Below are positions 12,282 through 25,728 of a stretch of DNA of 64,000 nt, one piece after another. The translations under genes and the position numbers were made by a program. Origin of the DNA: Geosiphon pyriformis uo1 (Eukaryota > Fungi > Glomeromycota); the NCBI GenBank assembly GCA_016748015.1, contig JAAOMT010000659.1:685222-749221 (forward strand), read 5' to 3'. The notes under the pieces were generated by a model that was not told the origin of the DNA, did no database searches, and was given only the letters and a program-made list of their open reading frames with translations. Position 1 is the stretch's first letter; every line of letters begins with the position of its first letter.

Positions 12282-15200
12282 ATAATTCTACAGAGAACTA
12301 GCACCAACAAGAACAAACCAAAAGTGACAAAATCAGAAAATATAGGAGCAAACCATTTAGGATTTGCGAAATCCTTGTTTCAACAATACAGCCAACAATT
12401 AGGATTAAACAGTAATCATTACCCAGCCGAATCAGCCTTCAATTTCTATGTCAATGACAAAATCACTGAATGCTTAGGAGGAACAGTTAACATTGAAGCA
12501 GCAAGAGAAAACTTTTACACAGAATTATTCCAACACACCAACTTACCAAGGAACTATAGTTTCACACCAATAATCAGAGAAATCAACCAAACTATTAAAA
12601 AGTACACTCAACAACAATTTCCTATTACCTATGTAAATAAAGGCAAAAGAAGGTTACAAACACCAGCAGTAACGCCTAAAGGGATACAACTACCAACCTG
12701 GAAAAAACAAAGAATTGAATCCCTATCATATCCATCATATCATTACACACCTGAAAACACTATCAATATTTCATCTGCAGGTGCGTCCACACCAAATGCA
12801 ACATGAACATTTGGACGATTCTCATTCCAAAGTAAACAAAGGAAAGTGGAGTTATTAGGACCATACGGTAAATATTTTGAAGGATTTAAATCGTGATTAC
12901 CAACACCATCAGGAATTTAATCACTGCTACCTCAACCAGACTTTGGAACTGCTACTCCGTAAGAACTATTTGAAGAAGAAGAAGAAGAGGAATTGGAAGA
13001 TCAAGAATTTACTTACCAAAATCTGATCCTTGAAAACCCAGAATTTGAAACCCCAAACATTCAAACTCAGCGAGAAAATCCAGAAATCGAAATCCTGAAT
13101 ATTCAAACACCACAAAATCAAAACCTTGAAGTAATTAATCAGCACTTACCTCCAGTTATCATCATCAATCAACCACCAGTTGAACCAATTGGCCAGCTCA
13201 TCCAAACACCAAACCAACAAAATCAACAATCATCTCCAGTACTGTCTTAACAACAACAACTTCTACTACAGCAACAACAACAAATGGCATATGCACCAAT
13301 TGCGAAGCTCGACAAATTTACTGGCAAAGAGAATGACACACAAGTTTGGCTAAATAATGTAGAAAAAGCCATTGCAGCCAATGGATGGAATGACACCAGA
13401 GCCATGCAAGCCATACCCTATTTTTTTAAGGATATAGCGGACTCATGGTATCAAAGTCTGGTTGACAAACTCCAAGATTTCAACACCTTCAAACTAGAAT
13501 TTTTAAGATACTTTAGCAATAACAACAGCATCAACAGATTAGCCAACACTTTCACTACAATTAAACAAGAAGAAACTGAAGCAGTTACCACATATCTGGG
13601 ATGCTTCCATAGAAATCTGCAACAAATTCAAGCAATTGATGCTAATTATTTCACAGCACCACAAATTTTCAATCAATTCATCCATGGCCTGTACAGTAGT
13701 ATCCTGCAACATGTACACCCATTGCATCCAGCCATTCTCCAGGACACAGTTACACACGTCAGAGATTTTGAATCTGCCAAATTAGAAGCCAATCACGCCC
13801 ATGCCGTGAACCTAGTGATAAATAGATTATCTGAATTGGATTCCAAATTGAAACAATTCAGTGATTCAATTAATTAGAAATTAGAGGGACACTTAGCTGA
13901 CAATTGCGCAATTTATCAACCACCACAATAATGCAATAATCCCAGAAACGTGAATCATTTCCAAAATCAGTCACGTCTATCATCATCATTAGCAGCACCT
14001 AATCAGCCGTGGCAGCCAGAAACACGTGTTTGTCACAACTGTGGTAAACAAAGACACATAAGAGCAGACTGCAAATTTTATAGCAACAATTCACGATCGG
14101 AAAATCAATATCAAAACCTTGATTGCAGATTTCAAACTCAGAATTGTTACCCAAATCAAAACCAATATCAAACCACTTACCTGCCAATGATGCAGCAACC
14201 AATCTATTAATCGCAGCCACCAGTAATCTATCAGCTGCAACCCCAAATAATTTATCAGTCCTAACAACCAATTCAAACACCACCCCAAAACTTTACTCAA
14301 ATGACATCAGGAAACCCAAGACCTAGAAGCACTCAAAACTAGAGATCGGCAATGATTGTTCATCAACTGATCCCCAGCTCCTCTTACCAACCATCAGGCT
14401 TTCAACAATAGAATTTGGGTACTGGTTCCATCCAAAACCCAAATTCCCAGAACTACTTAAGTCTTCTGGTTACTTCAGAAGATGCCCAAACCAACAAACC
14501 GGAACTCAACCAACAGCAGCCACCTACCAACAATATACCTCCAGCAACTGTCACAAACGATGAATTGTTAGCAGTGATTTTTCCATTTGAACTCAAAGAA
14601 TCATCCTGCACACCATTATTCAGTGGTGCTGCCCTTGAAGAAAAACCAATCACTGCCATGTACACTGATGCAAAAGTCGATGAACACACCATTAAATTCA
14701 TTCTTGACAGTGGTTCAGCAGGCAGCATTATCACACAACAACTTATGGATCAATTAGGTCACCAAGTTGATTGAACTGCCAGTGCTAGAATTATCACTGC
14801 TGATGGTGCCACAAAAACACCTATTAGTGAGATAGATGATTTTCCTATAGAAATTAACGGTATCATAGTACCCATCAAAGTTCTAGTAATGAATGCCACT
14901 CAATACCAAGCCCTAGTTGGTAATGACTGGCTGTCCAAAACCAATGCCATGCTTAATTGGACGACTCAAGAATTAATATTCAGCCAGAATGGGCAACACA
15001 TGTGAGTACCAGCAACATGTGGCCACTTCAAGGCGACCAATACCACAGCACCACTAATTGACTTTGAGGAAGAGAAGCTGAAACCTATCTGGAAAGCATA
15101 CCAAGTGTTGTGGGCCAATATCGATCACAATAAACTGCTGCCAATACTCGCCTGAGATGATAACAGGAAAGAAAAACAGAAGGAAAAACTTACCTAGGAA

Positions 15201-18200
15201 ACTGATGACCTAACATAAACTGACAACAATGAGAGTGAACCGACTTCCAGCTGGGAATGGGAAAAAAACAAAGAAGATAAAGGAAAAGGGAAAGAAAAAG
15301 AAGAAGAGACCACCCAAATTACCATCACTTATAATACCTACACTATACCATAACGATCTATCTATCATCGACTTAAGCTTATATGCGTCGATTGTGGCAA
15401 AAAATTGTTGTCAATAGGCACATGCTGTGGTGATAATGAGAAATATTCAATGGCAACTAAGTTCTATTACCACCCATGCATCCTTGAACACTTTGGGAGA
15501 CCAGAATGTGTAGGAAAATGGGACAACCAATCATGCTTAGCTTGTAGAGAGACTCTTTTTGACGAAGGAATGTGGAACAACATTTCTAAACATGAAGGAA
15601 TGTACAATGTATTGTGTCAATACATGATCCTCATCAGCAACTGGATACGAAAAGGGACACCAATAGAAGCCACTTGGAGAAGAGCCATACAGTGATTGGA
15701 CAGTTGTCCACATGATGACAACAAAATATGGTGAATAATGACCGCAAAAATCGAGAGCACATCACTAAAAAAGATTAGGGAGATCAAAAACAACCCACCA
15801 GAACCCATAGAACTGGACTGAGACCCAAAACCAGTCATAAATCTGTTAGATCCAGAACAATTCTATAAACACTACCAGGAATTAGCACTTACTAGAGAAG
15901 AACAAGAGCAATATTTGGAAGAAATAAATACCCAACTATGTGACCACTGTTTGATTCCATATGACTTTCAGTATTGTAATGAGTGTGATCTCATTTACAA
16001 TCCACCACCATGCATGATCTACATAATCCCCGAAGAGAAAGAACCAATCAGCAGCTGTGCATCAGAATCGGAATTGATTTTCAATCCCAATTCAAACTCC
16101 CACAAAAATGACAATGAAAACACTAGTTCCAGCTTCATTCAAAATGGCATTAACAACAACAACAATTCCAACTCAGATTTAAACTCAGATTTAAACTATG
16201 AACAATATATCGTGCTCCCCGACCTCACCAAAGAGCAGGAACTTAAATGGTTCAATAATAACAATGAAGGTATTATGCCAAAATGCGTGCATGATACAGA
16301 TGTCAGATTTGATCTGAGATATTCTGGAAAAGAGGCCATCAAATTGGAACCATATTCACACATTTGCATTGATCTAAAAATAGCTTTAGAAATTCTAGCA
16401 ACAACAATGATTCAACTAGCATTTAGGAGTAATTTAGCAAAAAGAGGAATAAACATCAGAGGAGGAATAATTGATACAGGATACATAGAAAATATTATTG
16501 CTATGCTACAAAATAACTCAGAAAAGACCTATATAATAGAGCCCAACAAAAAGATAGCACAGACAATATTCCTGCCTCTGGTTAGAGTAGCTTAGTTAGT
16601 ATCAATGAAAAAGAGGGAGAAATTAGAAATAACAGCGAGAGGAATACAGAGATTCAGATTGACAGGTAGAGTAGATGTACCAGTCAATATGACAGAAGAA
16701 GAAATTGTTGACCAAGGAGAAATTATCTCAATGGGTCAAGCAATTTTTATTCCACCATATGGCCAGTACATGATAAGGATAAAGTGGGAAGTAAAAGAAC
16801 AGAATCAGATTTTTGAAGCAGAATCAACCCTTTGTGAATCAGAAGAGATTGAATTCATCAATCTCCATATACCAGCCAAAGATTACAGCCATATCAAAAT
16901 TTCCATCTACAATAACACAGGAAATGTCATAGTAATACCAGCCGAAACTACCATTGAATACTTAAACACTGAAATAGAGAATCAACCACCAAACATTATT
17001 CCAGACTTTCCACAGTTTTGTGAATATGTCAATATCACATCACAAACAATATATAGACGAAGCAAATGTTATTTGCTCCAACCAGAACAATTGGAATAAA
17101 TAAACATAGGAAACTTAGATCCACTCTAACATATGTAACTTAAGATATTGCTCAACAATTTTAATGACATCTTTGCCAGCAAAAACAAGTTTGGCTGAAC
17201 TAATATTATCTAGCATCAAATTAAGACTGGAGATGCAATACCAATTAAACAGTGAGCATACAGAGTATCACTAGCCAGCCATGAAATTATCCATCAAGAG
17301 ATCAACTAAATGCTTAACAATGGGTTAATTCAGCTATCAATAAGCCCATGGTTATCACCAGTAGTACTCATCCATAAGAAGAATGAAAAAATCTGATTTT
17401 GTATGGACTACAAGAAACTCAATAATGTAACTCATGGAGACAACTATTCAACTCCATGGATACAAGAACTATTTAACACTTTTGGTGGAAACAAATAGTT
17501 CTCAATGTTAGATTTAGATAGTGATTACTGGCAAGTAGCCATAGATCCAGCTGACAAAGAAAAAACAGCATTCACCACAAGAGAGAGAAACTTTAAGTTT
17601 GAAGTTATGCCATTTGGCTTAACCAATGCTTCAGCGACTTTCCAATGGCTAATGGAAATCATTTATACTGGTTTATTGTGGAAATCAGTAATTGTATACT
17701 TGGACAACACCAATGTATTCTCAAAAACATTTGATGATCATTTTTATCATCTTCAACAAGTGTTTAAAAAACTAAGAAGAGCAGGACTAAAGTTAAATGC
17801 AACAAAGTGCTTCTTCGGCAAGACAGAACTAAAATTCTTAGAACACATAGTCAGCAAAGATGGCATCAAAATGGATCCAGAGAAAATAGAGATAGTAAAA
17901 AACTTTCCAGTGCTGACCAATATGATAGAACTGAAATTATTTTTGGGATTCACCAGCTACTATTGATGTTTTATCAAGAACTTTTTCAAGTTAGTGCAGC
18001 CACTCAACCAACTGCAAACCAAGAATACAAAATATGAATGGACAGAAAGTCAACAAGAAGCTTTTAATATTCTGAAAAAAAAGTTTATTCAAGCTCCAGT
18101 ACTGATCTATCCAGATCACAGCAAACCATTCATCATCACTACTGATGCATCCAGCCAAGCATTAGGAGCAGTACTATCTCAGAGAAGACCAGACAGCAGA

Positions 18201-18500
18201 AAACATCCAGTAGCATATGCCAGTAGAGGTTTAACACCAGCCAAAAAGAACTATGGAACACTGGAACAAGAACACTTAGTGATATACTGGGCAGTCATGA
18301 AATGGAAAGAATACTTGAGCCAGAAGTTTGAAGTGTACACAGATTACAAAGGATTAATATTACTCCAAAAACAAGAATTTGGAGATGGAAGACAGTCAAG
18401 ATGGAAAATGGCACTCGCACCATATAATTATACTATACATTATAAAAAGGAAAAAAACAACAGAAATGCTGACAGTTTGTTGCAAATAAGACAAATCTAA
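12282..18500 (+). pseudogene. B gag-PR-Cys-rich-dUTPase-RT-RNase H polyprotein (one frame, many premature stops)
   Basis: ORF fragments at 12324, 12993, 13284, 13950, 14415, 15405, 15915, 16605, 17505 and 17994 are all in the same frame. Motifs: CHNCGKQRHIRADC knuckle, FILDSGSAG protease, YLD(N) RT, TTDAS RNase H. The start is inferred (ATG>ATA at 12282). Confidence 0.9.
16251..16670 (+). pseudogene. dUTPase domain within B pol
   Basis: Decayed dUTPase motifs: D..FDL, RSNLAKRG, GGIIDTGY, KKIAQ, RGIQRFRLTG (from RGxxGFGSTG). Confidence 0.88.
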
Positions 18501-18561
18501 GAACATTTCAATCCAGAAATATAACAAAACCAAAACAAGACTCACAAAAATATAACAAAAG

Positions 18562-19944
18562 ATGAATACACAAAAATATCAACAACTTCAACATTATATA
18601 GATACTTAACAGTTCAAAGAGAAATTATCTCAACCAGAACAAAAGAGGATCAAATGACAATCCAAATATTTTATCACTTACCAAAATATACTTTATTGGA
18701 AAAATAGAAAAGATTCAGATCAGCCAACCAGAATAATTACAGAACCAAAAAAAGAGACAATACTGTTCAACATGCACTCAGATCTAACTGTAGGACATTT
18801 TTATAAAGAAACAACCATAGAAAGAACCAGAAAGAGATACTATTGGCCATCAATATATTCAGACATCATACAATATGTACAAAATTGTGACACTTGTCAA
18901 AAAAGAGGAGGAACAAGACCTAGTAAACCATTAAGACCAATCAAAATGGGACAACCATTTGACCGTATTGGAATCAATTTAGTTAGACCATTGACAATTA
19001 CCAGCAGAGACAACAGATATATAGCAGTAGCCATGAACTACCTTACAAAATGGCCAGAAGCAAAAGCAATTCAAAGAGTGGATGCAAAATCCATTGCTGA
19101 ATTTATCCATCAAGATTTGATTTGTCGACATGGATGTTCAAAAGAACTATTATCAGACCAAGGAACCCATTTTGTGAATAGAACATTAGCAGAACTAAGC
19201 CAAAGATTCGGAATTAAGAGACCACTATTATCACCATACCATCTACAAACCAATGGATTAGTTGAAAGATTTAATAGAACATTGTGTGAAGCAATAGCAA
19301 AACTCAGCCAAGAAAACCAAGATGAATAAGATTTGTTCATACTATCAGTATTATTGGCTTATTGAACAATGAAGCAAAACACCACACAAGCAACACTATT
19401 TGAATTGATATATGATAGAACAGCAACATTACCAGTTGAGATAGAGGTTACCACATATTCAACTGAACCAATAACAGAAGAGAATTTCCAAGAAACATTG
19501 TTAAGAAGAACATATGACTTAATGGAAACATTGAAAAACAAATAAAAAAGAGCAGCTAATAATATACAAAAGTCACAAGAGAAACAGAAAGAAAGACATA
19601 ATAATCAACTACCAGACAAACCAGTTGAATTCAGGATTGAAGACAAAGTACTCTTACATCATACCAAAGCAGAAAAACAATAAAGTGAAAAATTTGATCC
19701 CAAATGAGACGAACCATTTCACATAGAAGAAATTCTAGGAAATAGAGCTTACAAATTAAGATTGAATAACAAAATCTTGACCAAAACAGCACATAAAGAT
19801 CGACTGAAACCATACCACCATATAGCATCATCATCTACCAGTAATATTTCACAATTAGGAGTACAAAGAATACTAGTCCAACCAGATAAGATTCCATGAG
19901 ATCTGAAACCAATCATTATTATTAACAATAACACGTCCAATTGA
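18562..19944 (+). pseudogene. B integrase, separate ORF
   Basis: ATG at 18562, out of frame with pol; HHCC (MHSD..GHF..CDTC), SDQG, NGLVERFN and a GPF-like motif; no chromodomain seen. Confidence 0.88.
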
Positions 19945-19967
19945 TCAACAAAAGAATATATAAGAAC

Positions 19968-20627
19968 ATGGTTGACATGACAGAAGAGATCAGAAAAATG
20001 AAAATTACAGACAATATCCATTCACTAGCCCAACAAATTTTTCAATTAATCTAACACCAGGAGATGAAAATTATAATCAATCAACAAACCATTTGTTACA
20101 AAAATATGGCAAAGATACCACAACACAAAACACAGAAAAGACTTGAAAATGTTGTTAACAAGATCATAACCAAGATAAAATTGGCCATAAAAGAACAACA
20201 AATAGTCGGATTACACCAAGAACTTACCAGAAAAACTTGGACTTGGTGAATACAACAATTTCCGAAAAACTATTGTCATTTCCACTTGGGACAACACATA
20301 AATATCCAGAATTTGTACACCGACAAAACAAAACAGTTATTTGACACAATAATACTAAGACAACTAAAACAATTTGTGGGAAGGAACAATCTAACCACAC
20401 AAGCTTGAGTTATTTACCAGCTATATATGGGATTTCAAGACCGACCAGAAATCTTACTCAACACAGCAATGGATACAGTTACAAGTAATCAATTGAGAAA
20501 AATGACCAATGCCCAATTTGAAGAACTACAAACTAAAATAACACAAGTAATACTTGAAAAAGAAGTTCAAGAAATAATTCAAGAAGGAGAATTAAAAAAA
20601 TTAAATTTCAACAGAGCTCAATATTAA
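19968..20627 (+). pseudogene. B ORF3 (unknown ~219-aa protein)
   Basis: ATG at 19968 is in frame with ORFs 20064 and 20427, broken only by stops consistent with C>T; ends at the PPT. Confidence 0.8.
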
Positions 20628-20640
20628 AAGAAGGGAATAA

Positions 20641-21529
20641 TGTTACTTATAGAATATAAGAAATATAGTATTATTAGTCAGTAGATATTAGCCAATTAGA
20701 TGTAGACATAGTAAATGTGGAATTCCAGGATTTCTCTCAGAGAAATTGCAGGATTCCAGGAATTTTAGGATTCTCTGACGAGAAATTGCAGGATTTCAGA
20801 ATTCCAGGATTCCTCTCACCAGGAATCACAGGATTCCAGGAATTCCAAGATTCCTGTCACAAGGAATTGAGGAATTGAGAAATCTCAATTATGTATATAT
20901 AGCAGTAGGATTTGAAGCTGAAAAGACAGACCTCTAAAGTTTAGATTTAATCTAAGCAACTCTCTAAATCACAATTATCTAATAAATAACTATTTGTTAT
21001 CTCAAATCCATTTCCATTATCAACACTTCATGTTGATAGTAATTGACACTTAACCACACTGGAACAATAGCTCTTGATTATGGTTATTGACGGAATACTA
21101 ACTTGTAAATCACCTTGGCTTATTTCTTTTTTTTTTTTCTTTTTTTTTCTTTTTTTTATTTTTTTGCTTTAATTTTATTGTTGTTTACTAACTCTATTGA
21201 GGATTAACATGCAGGGCACTGATGTCAGGATAAATGTGACTGGTAAAAGACCCAGGAATAAGGATAGAACACTCGATTGAGGATAGCTTACTAGGAGGAA
21301 TACCAGCCACCAAGCTAAGAAAAAAATTGATGAAACTGTGGTTTCAGGAAGCTACAGATAAAACTATCACCATTGAATCTTTGTCCATTATACAAAGAAC
21401 TCAACCAAACCCTTCAGATACAAACCCTTCAGGCACAAACCTTCAGATCACTATTAACTGCAACTAGATTTGAGCACTAAGTTATGGGTTTTTTATTTAA
21501 TCCAACAACAGAAATAGTTACCTGTAACA
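20641..21529 (+). repeat. B 3' LTR
   Basis: Preceded by the polypurine tract AAAAGAAGGGAATAA; repeat of the 5' LTR. Confidence 0.94.
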
Positions 21530-24500
21530 CCATAACAATACCATTATGTCGTCCAAGTAAACCAGAACAAGGTTTTTTTTTACTGATTTAAATACTTTAT
21601 CCATTAGGTGTTGAAAGGTGGGAGGAGCATTGGTAAGACTAAAAGGCATGACTGTGAATTTATAGGTGCCATACTTGGTAATAAAGGCAGTTTTTTTTCT
21701 GCTTTCTGAATTTATTTCTACTTGCCAGAATTCAGCAGTTAAGTCAATGGTTGAGAAGAAAGCAGCACCATTGAATTTATCTAGCATTGCATCAATTTTA
21801 AGAAGTGAGTACATGTCTCTTATAGTGATGGCATTTAGTTGGTAATAGTCAACACAGAAGTGTAGGGTTCTATCTTTTTTGGGTATCACTACAACTGAGA
21901 AAGCCTATTTACTCTTGGTTTCTTGTATAAATCCAAGATTTTTCATTCAGTTTATTTCTTTCTTGATGAATTTATCATTGTATTAATTGGATTGATAAGG
22001 CTTCAAATAAATGGGACAAGTTTCTTTGGTGGTAATAATGTGTTGTATCACATGGGTTCGTCCAGAGATGTCACTTTCTTTTGAAATAACTGGATTATTT
22101 CTAGCCAACAGATTTTTAATGTCTATTTTTTTTTCTTCAAGAGAAGATTCTCTTTGTTCTATGGCTAGTAATTGGATTTCAGGTGGTTCATTCTCAAAGG
22201 ACTTTTGTACTTCTTTAAGTTCTTTTCAAGGTATCAAGCTAATTGGTTCCCAATCTTTATAATTGATCAGGCAGAATTTGCATTCATCACTTGGTAAATA
22301 CAAAGATTTATTATACCAGCACTATACACAAAGACCATGTTACCAATAGCTGTATTTGGCTTTTTTGCCAGGTTTTCTGTCAAAAGTTTTTCTGAGAATA
22401 TTATAGTAGGGCCAGCAGATTAGCTTGCCATTTACTATGATTTCTTTTTTGTCAGCTTTAATATTGTCCAGTGGCTTGCCATTGCTGGTAAAGATAGTAT
22501 AAGTGAGTTCAGCAGTTTCTTCTTGTTCTTCTTGATCTTCATCATCACTCTCATTATCATCTGATTTATCTAATTGTTTTTCTTTTTGATTTTGCTTGGG
22601 TACTGGAGAGGTTGTCCAGTGACAGCACTTAACTACAATGGGTTTTTCACTATATCTGATGATTAGCTTACAAAGCTTATAGTCAAATAGCACTTTAGCT
22701 TTCTTAAGCCACTTATTGTCAACAATTATGGTGTACTCTTTTGCTTTAGATACTTCCATGTCAGTTTCAATGCTGATACCATTAATGTGAACAGAAATAG
22801 CTTTGGCTATGCCCAGGCCTTTTTTCTTGTTACCATGTATGTTGGTCATTGGTCTTGTAGAAGGCTCATCAATCTTTCTGCCAATTGTTTCAAAAAAATG
22901 TTTGTCAATTACACTAATAGATAATCCACTGTCTAGGATCAGATCAATAAAGTAACCAGCCACTTGGGCTTTACAAATCAGAGAGGTGACATTGCTGTTA
23001 TCAGCAAGTCTAACTTGGCAAAGACATTTGTTAGTTTTTGGTGTCTTCTTCTTTAGTATTAATGATTTGCAAAAATTTTTTCTGAACTGTGGATGGGTTA
23101 TCAGTTGGCCAAATGTAATGTGTGCTGGGGTTTCCATGAGATCTTTAACAACAGAATAAGGTCCAAATTTTTGTACAATTTCTGGGGGTTCCAACTTTGG
23201 AGGATTTTTAAAAACCTTAGTCTTTAGTGGCTCATTGTTATCAGCAGATAATTTGGATGCTTTGTTTGGATCTAAAATGAAATCAATCTTGGCTTTTTTC
23301 TTCTTTCTGGTTGATTCAGAGATGTTAATTGCTAGTTCATTTATATCATAATTATCATCAGTTAGGTTAAAAGCATAAAAGAGGTTTTTTTCTGGTTGGC
23401 TTGCACTCTTACTCTTTGGAGGTGCGCCTACCAGTTTAAAGGCTAATAAACAGTGGCTTTAACTAAGAGATTCTTTTCAAAAAAATTGATGTTAGCATGA
23501 TTGGTTCTTTGATTAAGGATATTGTTGTTAATAATTCTGTTGTTTTGATTGTCATTGTTTCTAGGAGTTAAAGGAAGCAAGGGAGGATTGTTACAATCTC
23601 TAGAAAAATGTCTAGTTAATCCACAGTGGTAACACACAGATGGGCCACAATTTTGTTGTCTTTGATATGGGAGTTGCTGTGATTGATTAAAACGGGATTC
23701 AAATCTGGGTCTTTGGGTTTGTTGATTCTCTCTGACAGCTTGGGCTAAGAGTTCCAGTAACCAGGCAAGATTAGCTGTGAGTCTATCTATTAACTGTTCA
23801 TTTGGGTCTTGAGTTTGGGCAGCAAAAGAGGTAGCAGCCATTTGAAAAGCAGGAGCCATTACAGGAACAGGAGCAAAAACTGAAAGTGTGAATCTTAGGT
23901 ACATCCTTTAATTGTCTTCTATTCTCTGAGCAAATTCAATGGCCATATCTATTGTGGGATTATCTTTCAAGACCAGAAGGGGCCAAAGAGCATATAATAG
24001 ATCAGTTCTTAGTCTTTTTGTGAAGAAATATATTTTCTGCTCTTCTGTTCAATTTTTTTTAGAGTCTACTTATTCAATAAGTTTTTTTATTGCTTTGACA
24101 TATTCTGTCACAACCTTACCAGGGCCTTGAGTTCTTTTTTCTAATTTTATATGCCATTTTGAGATTAAGATAGAAGTTCTAAATTTCATTTTAAACTGGG
24201 TAATAAAAGAGATGTTGTCTTCTCCAGCATTTGCTAGTGCCCATTTAATGATTCTTTGCTGAGCATTGGCATTGGTTTCTTGTAAGAACCAAGTAGCAAG
24301 AAAGCCTTAAAAGTAGCCACCAACAATTTGGAACTTGTATTCATTATCATATTGGTTTGCTGTGGCAGCTTTCTCAAAATTATCCAGTCATTTAATTGGA
24401 TCTTGAACATCACCTTTGAATAATGATAATGGGATGTTGTTTCTTTACCCTAAAGCAGTTTGTATATCTTAAAGGGCAATTAGAATGTTTTGTTGTAGAG

Positions 24501-25033
24501 AGTCTTGAGCCATTGGTTCAGGTATAACTGTTTGTGTAGAGTGTTCTGATTTACTTGAAAAGATGTCAAAAATGGAAGCAGTTTAATAGCTTTCTTCTTC
24601 TGTTTCAAAAAGAGTTTCAGTTGATTAATGAGCAGCAATCTAAATGTGGATTTGATGATTCAGATATTCGAAATCAGAGGGCTGTTGTTCAAAAGTTGTA
24701 AAATATAAAAGCTGATTAATACTGTTGTTTTTTTCTTCAAAGTTATCTTCAAAATAAGCTTGGTCAAAGTAATAGGTTGTATAAGCTGTGTAGATTTCAG
24801 CTGAATGCTCATTCAGAAACCAGTTCCAAAAGTTTTAGAATTGTTTGCTGAATTGTTTTTAAATGGGGAAGCAAATCAAGCAGAAGAACAAAGAATTGAG
24901 TTCAATAAAGTCTAGATTATTTTTGTTGTGTGCTTCAAAGTGTTTTTTTGATTATTATGACAGGTATGAATAATCACTCATACAATAGAAAACAAAGTGG
25001 ATTTTGACAATCTCACAAGAAGCACCACTTTTA

Positions 25034-25728
25034 TGTTATGGGTTGGAGTAACAAGCTAACAGATAGCAAGGGAGAACAGAATTGTAGGGTAATAAAAATA
25101 ATCAAAGAGAATTCAACTTCAAAAAGCAAATTGAATAAGTATGGATTCAATGTGCAAGATCAGTCTCATAAAATATCTCAGTTGCTATACTTTTTAAAGA
25201 TAACTGGAGAATATAAAGATAGAGAGATAGTCTGTACTGTTAACAAATAATCATGTCTGATATAATTCTATGCCTCATGTTGGCGCTCTTAGAATTCAAT
25301 ATCAAATATCAGATGTGCTTTTCAGTCACGTTTTATTCAATAATCTTCAAATGCTGTAATTACATGTTTCAGGAAAAGATAAAAAATAACCAATAAGTGA
25401 TCTTTTATCTTTTTAGATACTTGAAAATAGGGAAAAGGAAATTAGTAATAAGAGAAGAATTGAAATGAAGTTGTTATTTTATTTCTTTTATTTCTTTGAT
25501 TCTTACATGTTTTTTTTACAGCTAAGAGATTCATCACTTATATAGCTGTCAAAAGTGGTCAATGATGAAGTCAACAACTAGATCAATGATCAAGTCAATG
25601 ATCAGGTCAATGGTCAGGTTATTGATCAGGTCAATGATCACTTTCTAAAAATAGAATTGTTAAATTATGTGACATTAATGGCTAATACATGTGATAATTA
25701 ATAAGAAGTATAAGTTTTAACCATAACA
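25034..25728 (-). repeat. A1 5' LTR
   Basis: Family A LTR; its end matches window positions 1-34. Confidence 0.9.

Larger units (their letters stand above)
11405..21529 (+). mobile_element. Full-length Ty3/Gypsy family B element with dUTPase
   Basis: LTRs 11405-12261 and 20641-21529 (TGTTAC...GTAACA); TSD CCAT at 11401-11404 and 21530-21533; PBS 12264-12280; PPT 20626-20640. Confidence 0.95.
3742..21537 (-). mobile_element. Ty3/Gypsy family A copy A2, inserted in the A1 RT; its 5' LTR is interrupted by element B
   Basis: LTRs at 3742-4467 and 10696-11404 (+21534-21537); TSD ATAC at 3738-3741 and 21538-21541; gag CCHC, PR LILDSG, RT, RH, IN and ORF3 fragments. Confidence 0.93.
1..25728 (-). 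mobile_element. Ty3/Gypsy family A copy A1 (3' LTR cut by the window start; interrupted by solo LTR C and by A2+B)
   Basis: LTR remnant 1-34 ends ...GTAACA. Internal segments 35-1273, 2141-3741 and 21538-25033 rejoin into ORF3-IN-RH-RT-PR-gag. 5' LTR 25034-25728 (TGTTATGG...CCATAACA) lies beside the PBS. Confidence 0.92.
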
